A stretch of DNA of 64,000 nt, taken from NCBI GenBank assembly GCA_964462515.1, contig CAYWXK010000013.1, positions 4,675 to 68,674 on the forward strand, given 5' to 3'. Numbering within the stretch: position 1 is the stretch's first letter; each line of letters begins with the position of its first letter. The position numbers were made by a program, and so were the translations under genes. The notes under the pieces are model-generated. The model had not been told where the DNA came from. It saw nothing but the letters and a program-made list of their open reading frames with translations, and searched no databases. This document shows positions 1-8,021 of the stretch, piece by piece. This stretch comes from an uncultured Pirellulales bacterium. GTDB taxonomy: Bacteria > Planctomycetota > Phycisphaerae > Sedimentisphaerales > Anaerobacaceae.

Positions 1-251
1 CATAGACTCCTTGCCCCGTTAGAAATTGCCGCAGGATTCGGCGAAGACATATCTGCCATTTTTTTTTCTAACGGGGCGAACTTTACTTTCCTGAAACCAC
101 GTTTTTGTTTAGTGACAGGATAATCCTATCTTTTGATTCGTCATAAGTCAACCCCGCCCTAATTGAACTCTCAAGTGCTTTTATTGCATCAGAAAGCATT
201 ACTGCTGATTTTATACTAACATTTAGGGCGGGGTCTTTTCCACCGTGCCAT

Positions 252-1100
252 TTACCTCTCGCCAATTGCTGCCAGGGTTTTTTCGGCTGCATCGCGCACG
301 TATTTTTCACTTTTCTGCGTCCGGGTGTCACGCAGGCAGGTATATACTTTTGCCGCCTCATTTTTTTTGCCGGCCGTTAGAAGTTTTTCGGCAAGGACCA
401 AACAGGCCTGTGTGAGCTTGATTCTTTCGTAGGGGTTTTCGGTGTCCGCTGCTTTCAGCAGGGTATCTATCGAGCCGGTATCAGCGATGTTTGCTAATGC
501 CCAGGCTGCAGCCAGCTTAGTATCTCTGTCGGTATCGCTGACAATCTGTCTTAATAACTTGGCCGACCTAGCGTCACGGACTACGCCGAGGTTCTGCACA
601 ATGGTCAGGCGACACTTGCCTGCTGCCTTTTGCAGCGCATCTCGAAACTGCTCGGCGGCGCCATCGCCAATAGCGACCAGCGCCTGGGCCGCATCTTCGC
701 AAAGGTCCTGGTCGCACAATAGATTGCCGAGGGCCGAAGCAGCTTCTTTGCCGCCGGCTACCTGTAACTGCCGAATGACATAAGACTGCACTGCTTTTGG
801 TCGATTATCGCCAAGCTGTGAGGCAAGGGTCGTGGTGAATGTTTGTTGCTGGTTTTTATTCTGCAATTTGCATACATAGACCGCCAGGCAGTGAAGTGCA
901 TATCGAGGCTTGACATCATCGCCTTTACCAGGCTCAACGAGCATATCAATCAGGCCGACGATGTTGTCGCGGCCGCCTTTGTGTATCTCGGTGATGACGT
1001 TTTCAACAACTTGCTTGTCTATATTTGAGAGCATCCCTTGTTCATCTGGGTCGGGGAGCTTATTGACAAGTTCGAGCAGTGCTGATGATAGTTCGCTCAT
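252..1100 (-). CDS. HEAT-repeat (PBS-lyase-like) protein
   Basis: 282 aa of repeated alpha-helical HEAT-like units (e.g. ...AAWALANIADTGSIDTLLKAAD...). AAAGGA RBS before the ATG at 1100. It is the last gene of a five-gene minus-strand operon and is paralogous to the 40684-42665 product. Confidence 0.6.
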   Translation of the reverse strand: MSELSSALLELVNKLPDPDEQGMLSNIDKQVVENVITEIHKGGRDNIVGLIDMLVEPGKGDDVKPRYALHCLAVYVCKLQNKNQQQTFTTTLASQLGDNRPKAVQSYVIRQLQVAGGKEAASALGNLLCDQDLCEDAAQALVAIGDGAAEQFRDALQKAAGKCRLTIVQNLGVVRDARSAKLLRQIVSDTDRDTKLAAAWALANIADTGSIDTLLKAADTENPYERIKLTQACLVLAEKLLTAGKKNEAAKVYTCLRDTRTQKSEKYVRDAAEKTLAAIGER

Positions 1101-1137
1101 TACAAAATCCTTTCTACACTCGATGTGTATTTGAAGG

Positions 1138-2364
1138 TTATAAGTGCCAGGGCGCCCTCATTGGCTGATTGACCAGTCGATTGGCTTCCTGGTCGCCTAT
1201 GATTTCTTCTTTGACGGGGTCATAGCGGATTTTTCGGCCCGTTCTGATGGCGATGTTTGCCAGGTGAAGCAACGTTGCGCAGCGGTGAGCCGCCTCAGCG
1301 TGGCCGCCGGGTTGCTTACGGGTCTTGACAGCTTCTGCAAAATTTATCAGAGGTTCCGGGTCCGGCATTACTTCGATTTTCTTACGGCTTTCCTCATCGA
1401 GGTCATTTAGACGGACGCCACGAGACTCTTTGCGGTTATATGGCTGGCCCCACTCTCCGCTGTCAAAAACGAGCGTCAGGCCGTCTGCGTATTTTAGCTC
1501 CACCCAGCCCCACATTCCACAGGCATCCGAATGTGCAGGCGGGGCGTGTGCTTCAATCTCAACCGGGCTTGTGTCATCTTTCGCGTATGTCCACTGGAAG
1601 GGGTCGAAATAATGCTGGCCCATATCGGATAAGCCGCCTCCTTCGTAGTCCCAATAGCCGCGATGCGTTCCACCTGTGCGGTGTCTATGGTAAGGTTTCA
1701 TCGGCGATGGCCCGACATACATATCCCAGTCGAGACTGGGTGGTATCGGTTCAGGCTGCGAATTGACCTTGCCGCTCCACTCTTTAACCTTAAAGCCTCC
1801 TTGCTTAATAGAGACGGCCTCGCACTTTTTCAATAGCCCGCTTTTGATAATTTTGTGAATCAGGATGCTCTCTTTTTTTTGTCTTTCGCCGAACCGTCCG
1901 AAGGTGCCTACTTGAAATATGCGGTTGTATCGTTTCTCTGCCTCGACTACGGCGCGGCCTTCTGCGATGAATCGTGTCATAGGTTTTTCACAGAGGACAT
2001 CTTTGCCGGCCTCCATTGCAGCGATGGAAATCAGTGCGTGCCAGTGCGGCGGGGTGGCAATCGCTACTACGTCAATATCCTTGCGCTCCAGCACTTTGCG
2101 AAAGTCGGTGTAGATTGTTTTGTTATCGGCACGGTCGAGGAACCTCACATCGCAGGAGGCAAGGAGTTTTGCGTTAAGTCCCATTGCTTCGAATGTTCCT
2201 GACCCTCGTCCCCCACAGCCGATTAGCACACCGCCGACTGTTTCGCTGGGCGGCGTGTTACCTTCTCCACCCAAAACGTGTCTGGGAACTATCGTAAAAG
2301 CGGTTGCTACGCCGATAGAGCTTTTCAAGAACTGACGTCGTGTTACAATTTTATTGTTTGTCAC
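1138..2364 (-). CDS. Gfo/Idh/MocA family NAD(P)-dependent oxidoreductase with Tat signal
   Basis: Twin-arginine motif TRRQFLKSS at the N-terminus. Rossmann motif GVLIGCGGRG and the Gfo/Idh/MocA C-terminal fold. GTG start at 2364 preceded by an AAAGGAG RBS. The C-terminus (IRYDPVKEEIIGDQEANRL..PWHL) is paralogous to the 39236-40558 product. Confidence 0.8.
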   Translation of the reverse strand: MTNNKIVTRRQFLKSSIGVATAFTIVPRHVLGGEGNTPPSETVGGVLIGCGGRGSGTFEAMGLNAKLLASCDVRFLDRADNKTIYTDFRKVLERKDIDVVAIATPPHWHALISIAAMEAGKDVLCEKPMTRFIAEGRAVVEAEKRYNRIFQVGTFGRFGERQKKESILIHKIIKSGLLKKCEAVSIKQGGFKVKEWSGKVNSQPEPIPPSLDWDMYVGPSPMKPYHRHRTGGTHRGYWDYEGGGLSDMGQHYFDPFQWTYAKDDTSPVEIEAHAPPAHSDACGMWGWVELKYADGLTLVFDSGEWGQPYNRKESRGVRLNDLDEESRKKIEVMPDPEPLINFAEAVKTRKQPGGHAEAAHRCATLLHLANIAIRTGRKIRYDPVKEEIIGDQEANRLVNQPMRAPWHL

Positions 2365-2456
2365 AGTATGCTCCTTTCGATTTCGTAACTTATTGTATAT
2401 ACAACTTGAACCGTTTTGTCAATTCGATATTTCACAGCCGGCAAAGCTGCATTTTG

Positions 2457-3872
2457 TTACTTTGATTGGTTGGCTTTATATTTTTCCCAGTAATCAGGGA
2501 AGAATTCTTTGGCCTTTGCTTCAAGCTCCTGGTCGCTGATAGCCGTGAGGCGACCATCGCTCTCGTATTGGTCAATGACCCACCGTGCCAACCTGTGGAC
2601 CTTGATTTTGTTAATTCGGTCATCGCCTTTCAAACCGAAAAATTCGTTCACCCAGTGAGCCACACCGTCGGCGCCGCTCTTGTCGGTAATGGCAACGCGG
2701 GGCGGACGGCCGAGGAGCTTTGTGGTGTCGAATATATTGTATATCCTCTCATCCTGGCGCAACCCGCCGGCGTGAATACCCGCCCGCGTCGTATTAAATG
2801 CCCTGCCAGCGAACGGATAATTATCAGGAATAGGCTGCCCGATGGAGCGCATATAGTCAGCAAGGTCGGTAATTGCCATTGTATCGATGCCGCACAAGTC
2901 GCCTTTGAGTGCTATATACTCAAAAATTGCAGCCTCCAGAGGCGGGTTGCCTGTCCGCTCGCCGAATCCGAAGAGCGTTGTGTTGACGGCGTCGCAGCCA
3001 TATAGCCAGGCCGTCGCTGCGTTGATGTGCACTTTATGGAAGTCATTGTGGCCGTGCCATTCCAGGCGGTCGCTCGGCACGCCGCATTCCTTGTTGAGCT
3101 TGTATATAAGCTTGGGAATGCTTCTGGGCAGCCCGGCTCCCGGATAGCTGATGCCGAAACCCATTGTGTCGCATAATCGAATCTTTACGGATAGCTCTTG
3201 CGGCACCAGGCGGCTCATTTCCATCAAGCGATCCACGAATGGAAGAACAAATCCTTCGATGTCCGCACGAGTCAGGTCTTCGAGGTGACATCGCGGTCTA
3301 ACACCGGTCTCGAACGCTGCGTCCACCACCTGGCAGTAACTGTCTATGCACTCTTTTCTGCTGCGGAATTTCAATTTGTGAAAGATATGATAGTCGGAGC
3401 AGCTTGTCAGCATTCCTGTTTCTTTCAAGCCGGCATCTTTGACCAGTTGGAAGTCTCCTTTTACAGCTCGAATCCAGCCGGTGCATTCAGGATACTTGTG
3501 GCCCAGCGCCCGGCAGCGGTCCAGTGCCTCACGGTCATTTTTGGTATAAAGGAAAAATTCGGTTTGCCGTATTACACCGTTTGGGCCGCCAAGCCGTGAC
3601 ATCAAGTCGTAAATGCGCACCATTTGCTCAACTGTATATGGCGGGCCGGCCTGCTGGCCATCGCGGAATGTGGTATCCGTTATGACGATGTCTCTATCCT
3701 TAACAGTTCTGAAATCAAACTCTACCGGTTTGCCGCCAATATACTCAACCACCGGACCATCAAAAGTAATTAGCGGCGGCAAATCATAAGGAAAAATTTC
3801 CTCCAGCAAATTTGGTCTTATTGCGTCAACCAGCCTGTAAGCTCTGGCTGGATGTTTCTTCATTTTTTCCAT
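2457..3872 (-). CDS. LeuA/homocitrate-synthase family (HMGL-like DRE-TIM) synthase homolog
   Basis: Carries the TDTTFRDGQQ substrate motif and HGHNDFHKVHINAATAWLYGCDAVNTTLFGFGERTGNPPLEA, which resembles the LeuA/NifV HxH...GERxGN catalytic region. About 80-aa N-terminal extension. Start refined to the ATG at 3872 (MEKMKK) with an AAAGGA RBS; the ORF track started at the GTG at 3887. Confidence 0.75.
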   Translation of the reverse strand: MEKMKKHPARAYRLVDAIRPNLLEEIFPYDLPPLITFDGPVVEYIGGKPVEFDFRTVKDRDIVITDTTFRDGQQAGPPYTVEQMVRIYDLMSRLGGPNGVIRQTEFFLYTKNDREALDRCRALGHKYPECTGWIRAVKGDFQLVKDAGLKETGMLTSCSDYHIFHKLKFRSRKECIDSYCQVVDAAFETGVRPRCHLEDLTRADIEGFVLPFVDRLMEMSRLVPQELSVKIRLCDTMGFGISYPGAGLPRSIPKLIYKLNKECGVPSDRLEWHGHNDFHKVHINAATAWLYGCDAVNTTLFGFGERTGNPPLEAAIFEYIALKGDLCGIDTMAITDLADYMRSIGQPIPDNYPFAGRAFNTTRAGIHAGGLRQDERIYNIFDTTKLLGRPPRVAITDKSGADGVAHWVNEFFGLKGDDRINKIKVHRLARWVIDQYESDGRLTAISDQELEAKAKEFFPDYWEKYKANQSK

Positions 3873-3902
3873 TTCAAGTCCTTTCACCTTTTGTGTTAAG
3901 GA

Positions 3903-4163
3903 TTACTCTTCTACATCAACACCCTGCCGCTTACAGACATTGGTAATAAATTCAACTGCTTGGCCAACCGTTTGCACTGCGAGGGCGGCGTCCTCATCCA
4001 TTTCTATGCCGAAATCTTCCTCAAACATAGCGACAAGCTCGATGGATTGGATGCTTTCCGCTCCCAGGTCTTCCGTGAAGCTATCCTCCAATCTGATTTC
4101 ATCGGGATTTAGTTTCAAAACCCGGGCTGTAACTGCTATCACTCGGTCTTCTACTGTTGCCAT
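3903..4163 (-). CDS. acyl carrier protein (AcpP-like)
   Basis: MATVEDRVIAV...FTEDLGAESIQSIELVAMFEEDFGIEM aligns to the AcpP helix II, including the phosphopantetheine-serine DLGA(D/E)S motif. Start refined to the ATG at 4163 with an AGGAG RBS. This removes the overlap with the upstream gene. Confidence 0.8.
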   Translation of the reverse strand: MATVEDRVIAVTARVLKLNPDEIRLEDSFTEDLGAESIQSIELVAMFEEDFGIEMDEDAALAVQTVGQAVEFITNVCKRQGVDVEE

Positions 4164-4185
4164 TATTTGTTCTCCTATTATGCTA

Positions 4186-5466
4186 TTATCTTGACAGTGC
4201 TCTACGGCCTTTTTCAATCGCTATTTCTCGCTGCTGTGCTGTTATCGCATAGACAGCTTCCCACATAGATTGCTCTGCGGCAGACCATTTGCAGCCGCGT
4301 CTGCTCATCACTATTTTAGCCGTCTCGAATAATCTTGCTTTGCCGAAACCTTTTGTAACGATGCCTTCAACAAACCATCCAAAAGACGGAATAAATTTTG
4401 GCAATGGTTTGCCTGTTGCAAGGATGACGGTCATAGCTCCGATGTAGGAGCCGGTGTTTAACAATGTTCCGATAGAAGTCTTAGCGTGGTCTCCTATTAA
4501 AGACCCTACCTTTGTTGAGCCGGTATCGATAGGCCGCCGTCCGTCCAGCATTATTGAAACGGTTGAGTAATCGTTTTTAAGGTCGCTATTGGTGGTAAGT
4601 GCACCGAGATTGACCCATTCGCCGATGTAGCTGTGCCCGATAAAGCCTTCGTGGTATTTGTTGGAATAGCCGTGAATAATTGACCCCTCAACCTCTCCAC
4701 CAATCCGACATACAGGCCCAATCGAATTGCCTGCACGACAATTTGCACCGGTGAGAATTGAGTCTTTTCCAATATAGCAAGGGCCTTCAATTCGACTAAA
4801 TGGTTGTATCTGGACGCCCTGGTCGATATAGACTGGCCCATATTCAGCATCGATAACCACCATAGGATGCACGACCGCACCCTGAGCAATATACACATCT
4901 TTTTTGCCGCCTCGAATGGCGCTGGGCTGCTCAACTATTCCTTCGATGCCATTTTGCCCTGCCGCCACAAAGTCTTCGGTTATCTGGTCGGTGTTGGCCA
5001 GGATAAGCTCCCAGATATATCGCCACGTTTTAAGTGTGCACAATACATTGGGCAACTTTGCTTTGGCTGCCTCCAAAAATTCGACAACATCATTGAAAAC
5101 AATGCCTTTCAACTCACCCGAAGTTATGCGGGCATATAGAATCCTTCCATCCTGGTCAAGGCCGACTTCGCTTTTTTTACCAGTTGGAATGCTTAAGTCC
5201 TGACACTTTACCAGCGGGTCCACGATAAGCAGGTCGTTTTCGTTTAAGATAGACAGGTCATTGACCGGATGTTTCACTTTTGCCTGGTATGCTTCAGCCA
5301 TATAGTCGGGCACAAAATAAGCCACGTCGCTTGCGCCCGTCTTAGCTATAAGTTTTTCACCGAGTGAGCTTATACCGCATCGCAGTTCCCACAATGTACG
5401 GTTTAATGCAATGGGATAAAAATTTCTTCTAATTTCCTCGAATCTATCAACCAAAATTAACCGCAT
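4186..5466 (-). CDS. GlmU-like putative sugar nucleotidyltransferase / left-handed beta-helix (hexapeptide) acyltransferase
   Basis: N-terminus MRLILVDRFEEI... is nucleotidyltransferase-like but lacks the GxGxR loop. The C-terminal half is rich in hexapeptide [LIV]-G-x-x-x-x repeats (IGKDSILTGANCRAGNSIGPVCRIGGEVEGSIIHGY...). Start refined to the ATG at 5466 with an AAAAGG RBS. Confidence 0.65.
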   Translation of the reverse strand: MRLILVDRFEEIRRNFYPIALNRTLWELRCGISSLGEKLIAKTGASDVAYFVPDYMAEAYQAKVKHPVNDLSILNENDLLIVDPLVKCQDLSIPTGKKSEVGLDQDGRILYARITSGELKGIVFNDVVEFLEAAKAKLPNVLCTLKTWRYIWELILANTDQITEDFVAAGQNGIEGIVEQPSAIRGGKKDVYIAQGAVVHPMVVIDAEYGPVYIDQGVQIQPFSRIEGPCYIGKDSILTGANCRAGNSIGPVCRIGGEVEGSIIHGYSNKYHEGFIGHSYIGEWVNLGALTTNSDLKNDYSTVSIMLDGRRPIDTGSTKVGSLIGDHAKTSIGTLLNTGSYIGAMTVILATGKPLPKFIPSFGWFVEGIVTKGFGKARLFETAKIVMSRRGCKWSAAEQSMWEAVYAITAQQREIAIEKGRRALSR

Positions 5467-6650
5467 AAGATACCTTTTTCTTAGGAAGCTCACCCTGCGT
5501 GAAAAGCCGTTCGGCATCGCAATAAGATTACTTGCACTATCTTACAATTGTCACACTATAGTTACTTTTGCAAGTTGCACATCCTGCTGGAAGGTGAGGC
5601 CGGTTCGCACCACCGACCATTTCACCTCTTCCTTAAACTTCTTTTCATTCAGGTTTTGCTCAAAACAATGTGTAGAATTCTACCGAAACTCACCGTGCAA
5701 TCAATAAAAAATAACGTGCAAGTCAAACCTTCCTCTACACAATTATTAACTCATTTAGAAATTTTTTGGGCAGTTGGGTAAATTTACGATGAAAAAATGG
5801 TTAGCCCGCGTTTCTCACAGGCTCCAAGTTTTATCGTGAGAGGAAGGGAACATCGTATCCTCCTTGTGAGGAATAGATGTATTACTGACGGGTACTATAG
5901 TAAGCTAAAGGCAACTGGCAGTGACTGGGGAGAAAGCCCCTGCCGCGACCAAAAAATCCTTGAAAAAATTGAGTCCTCCAGAAACCATTAGGTCTTTTTT
6001 GGAAGACTCAAGGATGAATCCTCCCCCCCATAGGGGGTATCTCAAAGAGACTTATCACAGAAGTAAGGATATCATCCAGAACCGGTAAAAATAATTGCCG
6101 TTGGTCATGGTTGAACCCAAAGATAAACCCAGCCAAGCCGACCTATAAAAACAGGAGAATTTGGCAAACTTGATTAAAATGGTGAAAAAACTAATTATTA
6201 TATGGGAATCTGGAAAAGCCATTTGCCTGCAAAAAATGCGATTTTTACAAAGACTTTTGCGGTTTCGAAGCCGTTGCAGGTATTTAGCAGGCTTTCGATA
6301 CACCAAAAATCATAGAAATTTGATAAGAAAATTATTGCTATTAACGCCTTTGACGATTATTATAACAAGTTTGGCTATAATGATTATCGGCTGCCAAAGC
6401 TAACTTTACTGTAGAGATGCTTAAAGCAATTTTGACAGGATTAACAGACAGTGCACGGTAGATGGACAATTTGGCTGCGCAGCCGCGCTTTGTTCGGATG
6501 GCTTGAGAATCAGTGTTTCTGCTTCGGACATCCGGAAATGAACGAGGTTTCTACTACCGGAGGCAGAATGATGTAGTATAAGTGTAAACTATAACTTCGT
6601 TCGTTCTTGGCGTGTTGTGAGTCCGCTTCTATGGCGGCTCACCTTGAGAG

Positions 6651-6682
6651 GTGGAAACTTCGGAAGGTTTCCACTTTTTTTT
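6651..6682 (+). terminator. intrinsic-terminator-like hairpin (gtggaaac-ttcggaag-gtttccac + T8) about 32 nt upstream of nusA
   Basis: A perfect 8-bp stem followed by an 8-T run, immediately before the nusA RBS (AAAGAGAAAG). It may be a leader attenuator, or the terminator of an upstream non-coding transcript. Confidence 0.55.
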
Positions 6683-6714
6683 GCTCTTGTTGTAATAAAA
6701 AAAGAGAAAGAACA

Positions 6715-7935
6715 ATGAACCAGGAATTGCTGAGAATTGTGGACAATATCGCAAGAGATAAGAATATCGACAAGGAGGCGATATTTTTAGACCTCGAAGA
6801 GGCTATGGTCTCGGCGGCGAAAAAGCATTTTGGCGAGCCGCAAGAAAATATAGCGGTTCATATCGACCGCGAAACAGGACAAATTACTGCCTTCAAAGAT
6901 AATAAACAGATTGATATAACACAGCTCGGTCGAATCCCCGCCCAGGTTGCCAAACAGGTGATGATACAGAAAATACGGGCAGATGAGCGGGATAGTATCT
7001 ACACCGAATTCAGCCAGCGAAAAGGCGAAATCATAAGTGGCACGGTCGTCCGATATGAAGGCGGGACGCTCATTGTAAATCTGGACCACTGGACCGAAGG
7101 GTATATACCAAAAGGCGAGCAGATAGCAGGCCAGACGCATAAGCCCGGCGAAAGAATTCGATGCCTGATTCTTAATGTAAAGGAAACTTCAAACCAGGTC
7201 AAAGTTATTCTTTCTCGCACTCATCCTGACTTTATACGCCGACTGTTTGAGCTGGAGGTGCCGGAAATTAATGAAAAAATCATTGAAATACGGGCGCTAG
7301 CGAGAGAGGCAGGCTACCGAACCAAAGTCGCCGTTATCTCATACGATGAGAAGGTTGACCCCGTGGGGGCCTGTGTTGGAGTACGAGGCAGCAGAATAAA
7401 AAACATAGTTGACGAACTCGGCGGCGAAAAAATAGATATTGTCCGCTGGAACGAGTCATCGCAGGTCCTGGTGGCAAATGCGCTGATGCCGGCAAAGGCC
7501 AGCGAAGTTGCCCTCTGTTTTGAATTGGGACGCGCAACCGTAGTTGTCGAAGAAGACCAGCTTAGTTTGGCTATAGGAAAGCACGGCCAGAACGTTCGAT
7601 TAGCTGCACGATTGACTGGTTGGGACATCGATATACTAACGCCGGACGAATATAATCAGGGTATTGAACGATTAACAAACTGTGTCAAGGGTATTGATGG
7701 CGCCGATGATGCTCTGGTTGACAAGCTGATAGCTCTGGGTGTTATATCCATTCTGGACCTCGATGATGTAGGTGTTGAGCCTCTTATCAATGAACTGAAA
7801 TTTGACCCTGAGCTCGCTGAAAGATTGGTTGCTGCAGCGGTAAAAGAAGTGAAGCTTTTGGCTACCGAACCAAAACAAAAACAGGCAGAAAGTATTCTGC
7901 AGCAGCAAGCAAAAATAGTTGATAATCAACAATAA
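6715..7935 (+). CDS. nusA: transcription termination/antitermination factor NusA
   Basis: N-terminal NusA domain, an S1 domain (GEIISGTVVRYEGGTLIVNL) and two KH domains (GACVGVRGSRIKNIVDELGGEKIDIV), plus C-terminal acidic repeat region. Start refined to the ATG at 6715 with a good RBS. Confidence 0.9.
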   Translation: MNQELLRIVDNIARDKNIDKEAIFLDLEEAMVSAAKKHFGEPQENIAVHIDRETGQITAFKDNKQIDITQLGRIPAQVAKQVMIQKIRADERDSIYTEFSQRKGEIISGTVVRYEGGTLIVNLDHWTEGYIPKGEQIAGQTHKPGERIRCLILNVKETSNQVKVILSRTHPDFIRRLFELEVPEINEKIIEIRALAREAGYRTKVAVISYDEKVDPVGACVGVRGSRIKNIVDELGGEKIDIVRWNESSQVLVANALMPAKASEVALCFELGRATVVVEEDQLSLAIGKHGQNVRLAARLTGWDIDILTPDEYNQGIERLTNCVKGIDGADDALVDKLIALGVISILDLDDVGVEPLINELKFDPELAERLVAAAVKEVKLLATEPKQKQAESILQQQAKIVDNQQ

Positions 7936-8021
7936 GCAAGGTCCTTTTTGCCCGACTGCCGGCTACGGAAAAGCTCTTTTAGAAGCTCGGGCAATAGCCG
8001 ACAGAAAAGACCTCTGCAGAA

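Noticed and set aside
83-361. 92-aa minus-strand ORF overlapping the 3' end of the HEAT-repeat gene
   Set aside because: Basic, low-complexity translation. It overlaps a well-supported gene and the terminal hairpin region (ccccgccctaa...ttagggcgggg), so it is most likely non-coding.
442-1134. Plus-strand ORFs (442-783, 843-1028, 910-1134) antisense to the HEAT-repeat gene
   Set aside because: Ala/Ser/Pro-rich antisense translations typical of GC-rich coding DNA read in the wrong frame.
3903-4163. Possibility that the ACP is simply the housekeeping acpP
   Set aside because: Not fully rejected. It is very AcpP-like, but its placement between an LbetaH acyltransferase and a LeuA-like gene rather than in a fabD-fabG-acpP-fabF cluster favours a dedicated carrier. 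Flagged in findings with this caveat.
3940-4194. 84-aa plus-strand ORF antisense to the ACP gene, and the ORF-track N-terminal extension of ACP (to 4217)
   Set aside because: The ACP reading frame has the diagnostic DLGAES motif and an AGGAG RBS before the ATG at 4163. The extension would overlap the upstream gene and has no RBS.
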